From an uncultured Gemmatimonadales bacterium (GTDB lineage: Bacteria; Gemmatimonadota; Gemmatimonadetes; Gemmatimonadales; GWC2-71-9): a stretch of DNA of 64,000 nt. How positions within the stretch are numbered: the first letter of the stretch is position 1; each line of letters opens with the position of its first letter. The stretch covers positions 2,233,261-2,297,260 of the forward strand of contig CAWHFW010000005.1 of NCBI GenBank assembly GCA_963828735.1. Reading direction: 5' to 3'. Below, in pieces: positions 1-10,076 of this stretch. The notes below the pieces were generated by a model, which was not told the origin of the DNA, searched no databases, and worked only from the letters and a program-made list of their open reading frames with translations. The position numbers were made by a program, and so were the translations under genes.

Positions 1-259
1 GGAGAAACCCCTGCAGCCGGCTCATGCTCAGCATGGAGACGCCGTCCCACAGCGTGAACAGCGGGGCGAGCAGGACGTACAGGATGGGGTAGGTGAGATG
101 CAGCCCGGACGGCAGTGGTCCGCCCAGCGGATCCGCCAGGGGCGCGGCCGGGCAGGCGCGCGCCATGAGCAACCCGGCGGTCAGCGCGAGCGGGAAGAGA
201 AGTCCGGGGCGGCGCGCCGGACGCTGGGACCACCGGGTCGGTGCTGGAATGGTGCACAA
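1..259 (-). CDS. membrane protein, N-terminal part (gene runs off left edge)
   Basis: Absent from the ORF track because it has no stop in the window. The minus frame reads ...WSQRPARRPGLLFPLALTAGLLMARACPAAPLADPLGGPLPSGLHLTYPILYVLLAPLFTLWDGVSMLSMSRLQGFL, with strong G/C third-position bias and hydrophobic helices. Candidate starts are TTG 259 and ATG 166. Confidence 0.5.
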   Translation of the reverse strand, partial: MCTIPAPTRWSQRPARRPGLLFPLALTAGLLMARACPAAPLADPLGGPLPSGLHLTYPILYVLLAPLFTLWDGVSMLSMSRLQGFL

Positions 260-279
260 TATAGGGGGGTGGCTGCGCG

Positions 280-507
280 ATGAGCGAGCACGACGAGGAG
301 AACGGCGAGGGCATGGTGGACACCGAGGCCACCGTCCGGTGTCCCTACTGCGGGGAGATCAACGAGATCGGGCTGGACCCGGGTGGCGGACGCCACCAGG
401 TCTATGTCGAGGACTGCCAGGTCTGTTGCCGGCCCTGGCGGGTCCGGGTGACCTATGGGTCCGACGGCACCGCGGACGTGTCCGTCGAGGCCGAGCAGCT
501 GGAGTAA
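280..507 (+). CDS. CPXCG-motif cysteine-rich zinc-ribbon protein
   Basis: 75 aa with ATG start. Carries CPYCG...CQVCC, two Cys pairs typical of the small CPXCG cysteine-rich family. Confidence 0.75.
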   Translation: MSEHDEENGEGMVDTEATVRCPYCGEINEIGLDPGGGRHQVYVEDCQVCCRPWRVRVTYGSDGTADVSVEAEQLE

Positions 508-518
508 GGGGGCCGCGC

Positions 519-1247
519 TCAGATCCCGCCGAGCCACGGATAGCCCTGGTCTTCCCAGTAGCCGCCCGGCCGCTCGCGCGTGAACGTCATCGCGGTGAGG
601 TACTTGGTGAGCTTGTACCCGAGCTTGACCGGCGAATACACCCGGAGCGGCGCGCCGTGCTCGATCGTAAGCGGGCGGTCGTTCCACGCATACGCGAGGA
701 TGGTCTGCGGGTGCATCGCGCTCGCGAGGTCCCAGCCGTTCATGTACTTGCTGTCGAACGAATCGAAACGCAGGTAACGCGCCTCCGCGGTCGGCTGCAC
801 CATCTGCGTCACCGCGGACACCGGCACACCGGTCCAGGTCGCGATCGCCGTCCACCCTTCGACGCAGTGGTGCTTCACGGTGTAGCTGACCCGCGGCAGG
901 GCCTCGAGCATCGGCCGCGTGAGCCGCACCGGCGTGCGCACCAGCCCACCGACCTCGAGGGCCCATTCGCCCGGAGGCTCCGGAAAGTGCCCGCTCTTAT
1001 TGTGCGTGATGGAGTACTTCGGAAACGCCATGACCGGCGTTCGCTGCGCGATCGGGTACTCCGGCGCGAGCCGGCTCGGCGAGAACAGGATCTTCTCACC
1101 CACCCAGTCGTTGAGCCGGCTGAGGGCACGGAGGCGTGGCTCGAGCACCGGCCCGCCGTCCCAGCCGCAAGCCGCGGCCAGCGACGCCGGCGCCACGATG
1201 CCGAGTCGCATGAAGTCCCGCCGGGTGAGGCCGGGTCGGTCAGTCAT
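519..1247 (-). CDS. molybdopterin-dependent oxidoreductase (sulfite-oxidase/YedY-like), Tat-exported
   Basis: Twin-arginine signal TRRDFMRLG at the N-terminus. YedY/MsrP-like core (ITHNKSGHFP..., VKHHCVEGW, PLRVYSPVKLGYK). Overlaps the upstream cytochrome b gene by 8 nt. Confidence 0.85.
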   Translation of the reverse strand: MTDRPGLTRRDFMRLGIVAPASLAAACGWDGGPVLEPRLRALSRLNDWVGEKILFSPSRLAPEYPIAQRTPVMAFPKYSITHNKSGHFPEPPGEWALEVGGLVRTPVRLTRPMLEALPRVSYTVKHHCVEGWTAIATWTGVPVSAVTQMVQPTAEARYLRFDSFDSKYMNGWDLASAMHPQTILAYAWNDRPLTIEHGAPLRVYSPVKLGYKLTKYLTAMTFTRERPGGYWEDQGYPWLGGI

Positions 1248-1989
1248 GGCTCGGAAATCTCCCGCGGTACCAGCCGGTGATCATCGCCCTCAGGGATGCC
1301 GGATCCACGAGGAACACGAGTGCCACGTGGAGCAGGGTGAACCCCACGAAGACCCACACCGCCCAGAAGTGCCAGTACCGCGCCAGCTCGTACCCGCCGA
1401 ACAGCGACGTCAGCCACGCGAGCTGCACCGGCTTGTAGATGGCGAAGCCGGTGAGCACCGCCAACGCCCCCAGCACCACGATGAACGTGTAGGCGCCCTT
1501 CTGAAGCGCGTTGTGCTTGCCCTGCGGGGGATGCGTCTTGCGGAGTCTCAGATAGTAAAGCTGCATCTGCACTGCCGGCCCGATGTCGCGAGGGCGGAAC
1601 AGGAGCGAGCGCCACTCGCCCGTGGCGGCCAGAAAGCCGAGGTAGACGAGGCCCGTGATCACGAAGGGCCACGCGAGCGCGAAGTGCCAGTTGAGCCCAC
1701 CGGCGAGCCACCCCCCCAGCCGCGCCCACACGGGGATCGGCCCGCCATCCAGTGGGTTCGGGTAGTAGGGTTGGCCCCGCGGGCCGAAGTGGGCAAAGGC
1801 GAGGTAGATCTGGAGCCCGCTCGCGATCATGCCGCAGAGCACGACCGCGTTCACCCAGTGGGCCACGCGCACCAACCCGTGATGTCGCTTGACGTCCGGG
1901 TGTGCTGCGCCGGACCCGCCCGCATCGAGCTGCCGGGACCCAGGCGGGTTGGTATCGGGTGGCTGGGCGTCAGGCTGCTCGGCGTTCAT
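1240..1989 (-). CDS. cytochrome b family membrane subunit
   Basis: Multi-TM protein with conserved His residues (VAHWVNAVVLCGMIASGLQIY, LARYWHFWAVWVF...LLHVALV). Paired with the Mo-oxidoreductase. Confidence 0.8.
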   Translation of the reverse strand: MNAEQPDAQPPDTNPPGSRQLDAGGSGAAHPDVKRHHGLVRVAHWVNAVVLCGMIASGLQIYLAFAHFGPRGQPYYPNPLDGGPIPVWARLGGWLAGGLNWHFALAWPFVITGLVYLGFLAATGEWRSLLFRPRDIGPAVQMQLYYLRLRKTHPPQGKHNALQKGAYTFIVVLGALAVLTGFAIYKPVQLAWLTSLFGGYELARYWHFWAVWVFVGFTLLHVALVFLVDPASLRAMITGWYRGRFPSHD

Positions 1990-2070
1990 CCGGCGCTCCC
2001 AAAGACGGTGGAACAGGAATCCTGGTAGAAACGCCGCCTCGGGCTGGCCGGTTCCATCCGCGCCTGGGGC

Positions 2071-3369
2071 CTAGTTCCCGGCCTCGATGGCGGCGGCCGC
2101 CTGCCTTCCGCTGTGGAGGGCGCCGTGCACGGTGGCGTTCCGGCCCTGCTCGGCGATGGCCTCGCCGGCCAGGTAGAGCGTGTTCTGCACCGGCGCATGG
2201 AGGGCCGTCCGCGCCTCGATCGCTCCAATTCCACCATAGCTGTAGGCCCCGCCGGAAAAGGGGTCGGCGGACCAGTCGTGGACGTATGCCATCCGGAGGC
2301 GCGAGCGCAACTCGCCGACATCCCGCCCGAACACAGACCCGAGCGACTCGAGCGCGAGCCGCAGCATGGCCGCTTCGCCTCGTCCCGCAAGCGCCGCGGC
2401 GCGGGGACCGCCCACCCAGCCCGTGATGACCGGCTCGCGTCGCGGCAGGCCCGTCCACCACACCGGGAAGGGCTCCGGGCCGCCATGGACGAAGCTGGGC
2501 CCGGCGCCGCCTGCCGGCGCCCACCAGCGGCCATCGAAGCCGAGCACGATGCGGTGGGCGGCACCCATGTGGAGGCGCCCGAGCGGTTCCCGCCAGCCGG
2601 CCGGGAAGGGGTCCAAAGTCGGAGCGCCTCCATCTCCAATCATCCGCCGGAGCAGAGGGAGCGGAAGAGTCAGGATGGCCTTGGCGGCGGTGAGGGTCGC
2701 GGCGTCTCCCGGACCCACCGTCACCCGCACCTCGCCTGGACGCCAGGAGATCGCCGTGACCACGGAATCCAACCGGATCTCGGCTCGATCGGACGGGATG
2801 CGGTCGGCCAGCCGCTGGATCAGCGCGCCGTATCCTTCGCCGACACGCTGGATGTCGTCGCCGTCCTCGGCGCTCGCGGCCTCGTTCTCGGCTACCGCTC
2901 GGGTGCCCAGGAGCGATAGATCTGCCGCGTGGAACCCCTCCAGGTAGCCGGCCACCGCCTCGAGCTCGCCGGGGGCGGTCGCCAGGTCGCGCCGCTCCCG
3001 GAGCAGGTCGGCGACGGGCCGGTCCGGCCCCGCCTCCGCACTCTCGAGCAGCAGTTCCAGGGTCGATCGGATATCGGTCCGCGTGGTCGGCGGCTCGGCG
3101 GGGCCGCGTTCGTGCCGCTCGCGGCCGGGGATCACGCGAAGGCCGACCGACTCGATCAGCTCGACCATCTCGGGCGGGCTGCCGTGCACGAACTCGGCGC
3201 CGAGCTCGATCGGGGTGGCGAGCTCAGGATCGTGGGCGGTGTGGATGCGTCCGCCAATGCGGTCGCGCGCCTCGAGGACGAGCACGCGCCGGCCGGATGC
3301 GGCCAGCCGCTCGGCTGCCGCTAGACCGGCGATTCCGGCGCCCACGACGAGCACGTCGGCGTCGGCCAT
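2071..3369 (-). CDS. FAD-dependent amine oxidase (flavin monoamine oxidase family)
   Basis: N-terminal dinucleotide fold DVLVVGAGIAGLAAAERL...VLVLEARDRIGGR and C-terminal LYLAGEA motif. Confidence 0.85.
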   Translation of the reverse strand: MADADVLVVGAGIAGLAAAERLAASGRRVLVLEARDRIGGRIHTAHDPELATPIELGAEFVHGSPPEMVELIESVGLRVIPGRERHERGPAEPPTTRTDIRSTLELLLESAEAGPDRPVADLLRERRDLATAPGELEAVAGYLEGFHAADLSLLGTRAVAENEAASAEDGDDIQRVGEGYGALIQRLADRIPSDRAEIRLDSVVTAISWRPGEVRVTVGPGDAATLTAAKAILTLPLPLLRRMIGDGGAPTLDPFPAGWREPLGRLHMGAAHRIVLGFDGRWWAPAGGAGPSFVHGGPEPFPVWWTGLPRREPVITGWVGGPRAAALAGRGEAAMLRLALESLGSVFGRDVGELRSRLRMAYVHDWSADPFSGGAYSYGGIGAIEARTALHAPVQNTLYLAGEAIAEQGRNATVHGALHSGRQAAAAIEAGN

Positions 3370-3376
3370 CGGCGTG

Positions 3377-4591
3377 CTACTCGTACCGCAGGGCGTCGAT
3401 CGGATCGAGCTGCGCGGCGCGGCGAGCGGGCCAGATGCCGAAGAAGAGGCCGACGAGCGCGCTGAACCCGAACGCCACCACCACGGCCGCCGGGGAGATG
3501 AGCGTGTTCCACTGCATGACGCGGGCGAGCACGATGGTCGCGCCGATGCCCAGGAGGATGCCGATGGCGCCCCCCAGAATGCACAGGGTGAGCGCCTCGA
3601 TCAGGAACTGCAGCAGGATGTTGCCGCGGGTGGCGCCGAGGGCCTTGCGCACGCCGATCTCACGGGTGCGCTCGGTGACCGACACCAGCATGATGTTCAT
3701 GATGCCGATGCCGCCGACGACGAGACTCACCGCCGCGATGCTCGCGAGCAGGGTGGTGAACACCTGGGTCGCCTGCTGCTGAGTCTGCAGGATGTCCTGC
3801 TGGTTGCGGATGGTGAAATCGTTGTCGCCGCCGGGGCGGATGTGGTGCTCCCTGCGGAGAATCCGCTCCAGGTCCACCATGCCCTGCTCGATCGGCACGC
3901 TGTCCGCTACCTGGACGGACATCGAGCGGAGCCGCTTGCTGCCGAACACGCGGTACTGCGCGGTCTCGAGCGGGATCAGGATCTGCTCGTCCGGATTCTG
4001 GAAGCCGCCCGACGCGCCTTTGGCGCTCAGCACGCCGATGATCTCGAAAGGGATCCCGCGGATGAGGAGCGTCTGGTGGATCATGGCGGCCGGGTTGGCG
4101 CCCAGCATCTCGGGCACCGAGGAGCCGAGCACGGCGTAGCGCTGGCGCGACGCGCCGTCCCCGGCGCTGAACATCCGGCCGAAGGGCACCGTATAGTTCC
4201 GGACGTCGGTGTAGTTCGCGGTGGTACCGATGATCTGGAGATTGCGGTTCTGGTTGCCGAACACCACCTGCTGCGCGGATTGCGCTTCAGGCACCACCGC
4301 TTTGAGCAGGGTGGCGTCGCGCTGCAGGGCCTCGTAGTCGTCGGTGCTCAGGACGGTGCGGTCGGTGATCATGACCGCCCCCGAGCGGCCCTGGCCGGCG
4401 AAGACCGTGAACACGTTGGCGCCGAGCGCCGCGATCCGATCCTCGACGGCCTTCTGCGCCCCGCTGCCCAGGGCCACCATCGTGATGACCGCGCCCACCC
4501 CGATGATGATGCCCAGCATCGTGAGCACCGCCCGGAGCGCGTTGCTCCGGATGGACGAGATCGCGACCGCGAACGTCTCGCCGAGCAGCAT
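3377..4591 (-). CDS. ABC transporter permease (FtsX/MacB type)
   Basis: Internal ATG at 4591 gives MLLGETFAVAISSIRSNALRAVLTMLGIIIGVGAVI..., with a large periplasmic domain and a C-terminal FtsX 3-TM bundle. The longer track ORF (to 4996) is an Arg-rich extension. Confidence 0.9.
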   Translation of the reverse strand: MLLGETFAVAISSIRSNALRAVLTMLGIIIGVGAVITMVALGSGAQKAVEDRIAALGANVFTVFAGQGRSGAVMITDRTVLSTDDYEALQRDATLLKAVVPEAQSAQQVVFGNQNRNLQIIGTTANYTDVRNYTVPFGRMFSAGDGASRQRYAVLGSSVPEMLGANPAAMIHQTLLIRGIPFEIIGVLSAKGASGGFQNPDEQILIPLETAQYRVFGSKRLRSMSVQVADSVPIEQGMVDLERILRREHHIRPGGDNDFTIRNQQDILQTQQQATQVFTTLLASIAAVSLVVGGIGIMNIMLVSVTERTREIGVRKALGATRGNILLQFLIEALTLCILGGAIGILLGIGATIVLARVMQWNTLISPAAVVVAFGFSALVGLFFGIWPARRAAQLDPIDALRYE

Positions 4592-4593
4592 GG

Positions 4594-6156
4594 CTACCGG
4601 CCGGGCGCGCCCGCGCCGCCCTGACCGCCGGGTCCGGACGTGCTCTGCCGCATGCCAGGGACCCCGCCGCCGCCGGTGACCTGGTTCATCCGCTGCTTGA
4701 TGTCCTGCTGCGATTGGACCAGGCTGGCACTGGGCAGCACGTACACCGAATCGTTCCCCTCGAGGCCGTGGATCACCTCGCTGTAGTCGAGGTCGGTGAG
4801 GCCGGTCCGGATCCATACCGGGATCGGCTGGCCGTTGCGCTTGACGAAGACGATGTAGCGGCCGCCGCCCGCATCGGTGCCCCGGGTCCGGCGCCCGGCG
4901 CCGCCGAAGCCGCGCTGCCGGCCTTCCGCGGCGCCTCCTTGGCCGTCCGCGAGGCCGCCGGCCCCGCCCCCCCGCACGCGCACCGAATCGCGCCACTCCC
5001 GGCGCGCGGCCGATTCGGGCAACGCCCGTCTCGTCGAATCGCGCGCGTTGCGCCGTGCCGAGTCGGTGCCAGGGGAGGGCTCGCCCGGGGTACGCAACGA
5101 GGCGCCGGCCGAGCTCGCCGCCTGGGCGGCGGAGGCCGCGAGCTCCTTCTGGACCTCGTCGGTCGAGAGGCCGAGCACCTGGGCGGCCGAGCCGACATCA
5201 CGCTGCGTGCGGAGCGCCGCGTTCGGCACCGCCAGCACGCCCTCCCGCTGGCCCACGTGGATCTCCACCTCTGTGTTCATCCCCGGCCGGAGCAGCCCTC
5301 CCTCGTTGTGAATGCGGACCAGCACGGGGAAGACGGTCACGTTCTGCTCCGTCGTCGCCTGCGGCTCGATCTTGAGCACCGTGCCCTCGAAGGTGCGGTT
5401 GGAGAACGCGTCCACCGTGATGGTGGCGAGCTGACCCGGCTCGACCTTGCCGACGTCGGTCTCGTCCACCAGCGTGCGCACCTGGACCAGGTCGAGATTG
5501 GCCATCTTGAGCAGCGTCGTGCCGCCGCTCACATTGGACGTCGCGGACGCGATGACGGTGCCCCGCTCGATGTCCTTCTCGATGACCGTGCCGGTGACGG
5601 GCGCGCGAACGTCGGTGTCCTCCAGCTGGATCCTGGCATTGTCCACCGACACCTGGGAGCGCACGACCTCCGACTTCGCGTCGGCATAATCGAGCTGTGC
5701 CGTCTCGTTCTCCTCCTCCGTGATCGCCTGGGTCTTGAACAGCTCGTCCGACCGTCGCTTCTGGCTGGTGGCGTTAGCGAGCTTCGCGCGCGCCACGTCC
5801 AGGTCCGCCTGGGCCTGCGCGAGCGCGTTCCGCGCGTTCCGCGGGTCGATGTGTACCAGCAGGGCGCCTCGTTTGACCAGCTGGCCCGTTTCCGCATGGA
5901 GCTGCAGCACCTCGCCCGAGGCCTTGGATTTGACCTCCACGGTGGTGTCGGGTTGGATCGCACCCGCGGCCTGCGCGTTGACGATGATGTCGCGGCGTTC
6001 GACCGGTACGGCCTGGTAGACGATCGGCGGCGCCTCTTTCTTGCAGCCCGTGAACAGGATCAGCGCGCCCAGCGACGCGAGGGTCCAGCCGGAGAACCCG
6101 CCGCCGCGCCGCCGGACCGCGCCCGGCACGACTCCCGATGTCCGGCGGGCGCTCAC
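4594..6156 (-). CDS. efflux RND/HlyD-type periplasmic adaptor lipoprotein (MacA-like)
   Basis: GTG start at 6156 overlaps the ATPase stop (GTGA). Lipobox LILFTGC, coiled-coil hairpin and beta-barrel domains. Contains a roughly 110-aa Gly/Arg/Ala-rich insertion and a Gly-rich tail. Confidence 0.85.
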   Translation of the reverse strand: MSARRTSGVVPGAVRRRGGGFSGWTLASLGALILFTGCKKEAPPIVYQAVPVERRDIIVNAQAAGAIQPDTTVEVKSKASGEVLQLHAETGQLVKRGALLVHIDPRNARNALAQAQADLDVARAKLANATSQKRRSDELFKTQAITEEENETAQLDYADAKSEVVRSQVSVDNARIQLEDTDVRAPVTGTVIEKDIERGTVIASATSNVSGGTTLLKMANLDLVQVRTLVDETDVGKVEPGQLATITVDAFSNRTFEGTVLKIEPQATTEQNVTVFPVLVRIHNEGGLLRPGMNTEVEIHVGQREGVLAVPNAALRTQRDVGSAAQVLGLSTDEVQKELAASAAQAASSAGASLRTPGEPSPGTDSARRNARDSTRRALPESAARREWRDSVRVRGGGAGGLADGQGGAAEGRQRGFGGAGRRTRGTDAGGGRYIVFVKRNGQPIPVWIRTGLTDLDYSEVIHGLEGNDSVYVLPSASLVQSQQDIKQRMNQVTGGGGVPGMRQSTSGPGGQGGAGAPGR

Positions 6157-6875
6157 GCCTGCCTCCGCGTAGCGAAGTCGCGCTCGATGCGCCCATCCTT
6201 GAGATGCACCTGTCGCTGCGCGTGCGCCGCGATGTCGGTCTCGTGGGTCACGAGCACGATGGTTTGTCCGTCGCGATACAGGCCCTCGAACAGCGCCAGG
6301 ATCTCCTCGCTCGTGGCGCTGTCGAGGTTCCCGGTCGGCTCGTCGGCCAGCAGGATGCTCGGCTGGTTGACCAGGGCTCGCGCGATCGCCACCCGTTGCC
6401 GCTGGCCGCCCGAGAGCTCGTTCGGCCGATGCTGCATCCGGTCCTGCAGCCCCACTCGCGCGAGCGCGTCCGACGCCGAGCGACGGCGCTCCTTCGCGCC
6501 GATTCCGGCGTAGACCAGGGGCAGCTCCACGTTGTGGAGCGCGGAGGCGCGAGGCAGCAAGTTGAAGGTCTGGAACACGAACCCGATCTCCTTGTTCCGG
6601 ATCCGCGCCAGCTCGTCGTCTCCCAGCTCCGACACCCGGTGCCCGTTGAGCCAGTACTCGCCGCCCGTCGGGCTGTCGAGGCATCCGATCAGGTTCATCA
6701 GGGTGGACTTCCCCGACCCCGAGGGCCCCATGATCGCGACGAACTCGTTCTGCCGGATGACCACGTCGACGCCGCGCAGGGCGTGAACGATCTCGCCCCC
6801 CATGTCGTAGTCTCGCTGGAGATTGCGGGTCACGATCACCGCGTCGCGCGGGATGTCGGTCGGCAGCATCGCCAT
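6153..6875 (-). CDS. ABC transporter ATP-binding protein (MacB/LolD-like)
   Basis: ATG at 6875. Walker [10 protein letters not shown], signature LSGGQRQR, Walker [14 protein letters not shown]-loop VTHE. 240 aa. Confidence 0.92.
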   Translation of the reverse strand: MAMLPTDIPRDAVIVTRNLQRDYDMGGEIVHALRGVDVVIRQNEFVAIMGPSGSGKSTLMNLIGCLDSPTGGEYWLNGHRVSELGDDELARIRNKEIGFVFQTFNLLPRASALHNVELPLVYAGIGAKERRRSASDALARVGLQDRMQHRPNELSGGQRQRVAIARALVNQPSILLADEPTGNLDSATSEEILALFEGLYRDGQTIVLVTHETDIAAHAQRQVHLKDGRIERDFATRRQA

Positions 6876-6904
6876 CCGTTCGGCGGTGTCACCCAGCCTC
6901 GCGG

Positions 6905-8203
6905 TCACAGCGTCCGTCCCATCAGCGCCTCGAGCTGCGCCTTGGCGCGGAGATAGTCGAACCGGGCATTCACCACGTCCACCTCCGCCTGGTTGAGGGC
7001 TTCCTGCGAGGTCAGTACGTCCACGATGGTCGAGGCTCCGAGCTGGTAACGCTGCTGCTGGACCCGGAGGTCCTCGGTGGCGGCGGCGACGCTCGTGGCC
7101 GTGATGTCGATCTTCGAGCGCGCCGCGTCGAGCTCGGCGACGCGCTGCGTGAGCTCCGCATCCACCCCGCGGCGCTCGTCGGCCGCGGACGCCTCGGCGA
7201 CGTCGAGGCTCGCCTCGCGCTGGGCGATGGTGAGCTCGCGATCGAACCCGTTGAAGATGCTCCAGCTGAGTCCGAGGCTCACCTGGCGCTGATTGAGGAA
7301 GGTGTAGCCGGTGCTGCCGGTGGCATTCCAGCCCGTGCTCGCCGCGAGCGTGAGGCTGGGCCAATAGGCCGCGCGGGAGGCGCGCAGGTTCGCCTGGGCC
7401 ACCTGTGTGCCGGCTACCGCGGTCTGGATCCGAGGGGACCGAGCCTCGGTCTCCTGTCTGATGGCCTCCGTGTCCACCGTCGCCATCACCTGCCGAAAGC
7501 TCGAGTCGTCCAGGGCCCGCACCCGGCCGGTCTGGCCGACCAGCCGGGCGAGGCCGGCTTCGGCAGTCGCGAGGTCGGTCCTTGCCTGAATGAGGTCGAG
7601 CTGGGCGCTGCCCAGGTTGACCAGCGAGCGAAGCGAATCCGAGCGCGTCGCCGATCCGGCGTGAAGCTTGGCCACCGAGACCTTCAGCTGCTCCTGGGCT
7701 CGACGGACGCTCGCCTCGCGCACGCCGACCAATTGGCTCGCGCTCAGCGCATCGAAGAACTGGTTGGTAGTCGCGAGCGCCTGCTGGAATCGGGCATCCA
7801 CCAGTCCCGCGGCGGCCTGGTTCTCGCCGGCCTGGGCGGCGTTCATCTCCGCGCCCCGCCGAAAGCCGGTGAAGACGTCCACGCTCGCCCTGAGCGAAGC
7901 ATTGAGGCTGCGGTTCGTCGAGTTGCCCGACAGCACCTGGCCGGTGATGGGATCGATCCGCGACGCGCCCTCGGAGAAGAAGTCGCTGGCCGAGGAGTTG
8001 GCGCTGACCGTCGGCAGGAAGGCTCCCCAGCTGCTCCGCCGCTGCGCGGCGGCCGTCTGGATGTCTGCCTCCGCCTGCACCACCCCCGGCTGGGTCCGCT
8101 CCGCCAGCTTGATCGCCTCCGCGAGTGTGACGGCGCGGTCCTGCGCCGCCAGGCGCAGGGGGGCAGCAAGCAGCACCAGCACGACCAGCGTCACGCGGTT
8201 CAT
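6905..8203 (-). CDS. TolC-family outer membrane efflux protein
   Basis: ATG at 8203 gives the signal peptide [21 protein letters not shown]. Two repeated coiled-coil/beta halves typical of TolC. First gene of the efflux operon. Confidence 0.85.
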   Translation of the reverse strand: MNRVTLVVLVLLAAPLRLAAQDRAVTLAEAIKLAERTQPGVVQAEADIQTAAAQRRSSWGAFLPTVSANSSASDFFSEGASRIDPITGQVLSGNSTNRSLNASLRASVDVFTGFRRGAEMNAAQAGENQAAAGLVDARFQQALATTNQFFDALSASQLVGVREASVRRAQEQLKVSVAKLHAGSATRSDSLRSLVNLGSAQLDLIQARTDLATAEAGLARLVGQTGRVRALDDSSFRQVMATVDTEAIRQETEARSPRIQTAVAGTQVAQANLRASRAAYWPSLTLAASTGWNATGSTGYTFLNQRQVSLGLSWSIFNGFDRELTIAQREASLDVAEASAADERRGVDAELTQRVAELDAARSKIDITATSVAAATEDLRVQQQRYQLGASTIVDVLTSQEALNQAEVDVVNARFDYLRAKAQLEALMGRTL

Positions 8204-8373
8204 GCAGTTCCCGAAGGTCAGGGTCGACAGCGGAAGATAGTCCTGGAGAGACCCAACGACAGATTCGCCGACGGACGCAGGCGTCGAACCGGCCGGGCGC
8301 CGAGGTACGGCGCCTGGACCCCGGCCGATCGCTGGCGCGTCTGTCACTGCTTTGGGGTGCCGCCCCGGCTACC

Positions 8374-9159
8374 GTGGGCTCCCGCAACGACGGGTACACC
8401 CATGACGGCCCGGGCGTTGGTCGGCCGGCCCCAACGCGGATTGGGGGTCGCCTGTATACTCGGGCGTCGTTCGGTGCCATCATCCGTCATGTCCAAGGAC
8501 GCGATACGACCGATTCAGCACTCGCCCGGACCCCGTCCGAGCCCCGGCCCCTGGCCGTGAGCCAAGGGCCGGGCCCGGTCCGGACCGCGCAGCCTCCGCC
8601 CGAGCCTCCGGACCCGGAAGAGGCCGCCGCCGTAGTGCGCGCCCAGGCTGGTGACGGCGAGGCGTTCGACCTCCTCGTGCGACGGTACATGCGCACGGCC
8701 TACGCGGTCGCATACCGGCTGCTGGGGCATCGGGAGGACGCCGAGGACGTCGTGCAGGAGGCGTTTCTCGCCGCGCTCGCCAACATCCGGACGTTCGATA
8801 CCACCCGGAAGTTCGGACCGTGGCTCTACCGGATCGTGGTGACCCGTGGACTCAACTTCAGGAAATCGCGCAGCCGGCGGGCCGCAGAACCGCTCGAGGA
8901 CGCTGGGGTTGCGAGCGCGGATCCTGGTCCGGCGGCGGCCGCGGAATACGCGGGACTCAAGGCGACGGTGGCGGCGGCCCTCGAGCAGCTTCCAGAGCGC
9001 CAACGAACGGTGGTTCAGTTGTTCGAGCTGGATGGCTTCTCCGGCGCCGAGATCGCGGCGATGCTCGGCATCTCCCCCGGAACCGTGCGGTGGTACCTCC
9101 ACGAGGCGCGGCAGTCGCTTCGCGACACGCTCGCCCACCTGCAGGAGACCCTAGGATGA
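8374..9159 (+). CDS. ECF (sigma-70 family) RNA polymerase sigma factor
   Basis: Region 2 ([35 protein letters not shown]) and region 4 HTH ([41 protein letters not shown]). Start uncertain: in-frame GTG at 8557 or 8635 would remove a Pro-rich, apparently disordered extension. Confidence 0.85.
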   Translation: MGSRNDGYTHDGPGVGRPAPTRIGGRLYTRASFGAIIRHVQGRDTTDSALARTPSEPRPLAVSQGPGPVRTAQPPPEPPDPEEAAAVVRAQAGDGEAFDLLVRRYMRTAYAVAYRLLGHREDAEDVVQEAFLAALANIRTFDTTRKFGPWLYRIVVTRGLNFRKSRSRRAAEPLEDAGVASADPGPAAAAEYAGLKATVAAALEQLPERQRTVVQLFELDGFSGAEIAAMLGISPGTVRWYLHEARQSLRDTLAHLQETLG

Positions 9160-9578
9160 ACGATCCCTCGCGGTGGTCTTTCGACCAGGATCCGCCTCGT
9201 GACGAGGCGCTCGCGCGGCTGCTCCGCGCCGCCGACGAGCCCGCGCCGGGCGCCGACGTCGATTGGGAACGCCTTCACGCTCGGATCCTCCGGGGCCGGG
9301 GGCCGGACACCGGGGTCGCACCGGGGCCTCGGGAATGGTGGGATGTCGTGGTGCAGTGGCGGCGGCTCGCCCTGGCGGCGAGCGCGGCGGCCATCCTCGC
9401 CGCAGCGGCTCTGTTGTGGCGCACCGACTCGACCGGCTCGGAGCTCTCGCTCACCGATGCGGCTCCCGAATCGGCGGCGCTCGCGCGCGTCGTCGCCGCG
9501 TACCCGGACGAGGCCGTGTTGACCTCCATGCTGGAGGACGGCCGCAACGACGAGTTCACTTCGTGGGACACCCAATGA
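9156..9578 (+). CDS. putative anti-sigma factor (single-pass membrane protein)
   Basis: ATGA overlap with the sigma gene. One TM segment (WRRLALAASAAAILAAAALLW). The call rests on position and topology only. Confidence 0.55.
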   Translation: MNDPSRWSFDQDPPRDEALARLLRAADEPAPGADVDWERLHARILRGRGPDTGVAPGPREWWDVVVQWRRLALAASAAAILAAAALLWRTDSTGSELSLTDAAPESAALARVVAAYPDEAVLTSMLEDGRNDEFTSWDTQ

Positions 9579-9988
9579 GCGAGCTGCGCAGGTCCCGGGT
9601 GGTTGCCGGCGTTGTCATCGTGCTGGTCCTGCTCGCCGGTGTGGCGATCGGCTTCTTCCTGCATCATGAGGTGCCGTGGCGTCACGGCCCGCCCGGCTTC
9701 GGCGTGGGCGGCCCGCCGCCGGGCCGGCCGCCGGAGGTCAAGAAGCGAATGCTCGACCGGCTCGATCGCGACCTCAAGCTGACGCCCGACCAGCATGCGC
9801 GGATCGACACGGTCCTGACGCACCGCGAGGCCGATCTTCATGCCTTGATGCTCGAGACCCGGCCCCGCTTCGACTCGATCGCCGCGCGCACCCGCTCCGA
9901 GATCCAGGCGGTGCTCACGCCGGAGCAGCGCGAGGAGTTCGGGAAGATCGTCAAACAGATGGAGAGCCGTCGGGGGAGGAGGCAGTAG
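9575..9988 (+). CDS. periplasmic Spy/CpxP-like (LTXXQ motif) protein
   Basis: ATGA overlap with the upstream gene. N-terminal TM/signal segment. Two LTXXQ motifs (LTPDQ, LTPEQ) in a helical domain. Confidence 0.6.
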   Translation: MSELRRSRVVAGVVIVLVLLAGVAIGFFLHHEVPWRHGPPGFGVGGPPPGRPPEVKKRMLDRLDRDLKLTPDQHARIDTVLTHREADLHALMLETRPRFDSIAARTRSEIQAVLTPEQREEFGKIVKQMESRRGRRQ

Positions 9989-10076
9989 TAGTCGGGCGAT
10001 GGGAGTGGGATGACGGTGCCGCTTCACGGCACCACGTTCATCCCGCGCACTGGCTCGGCCGCCCGACGGGCCTCTT

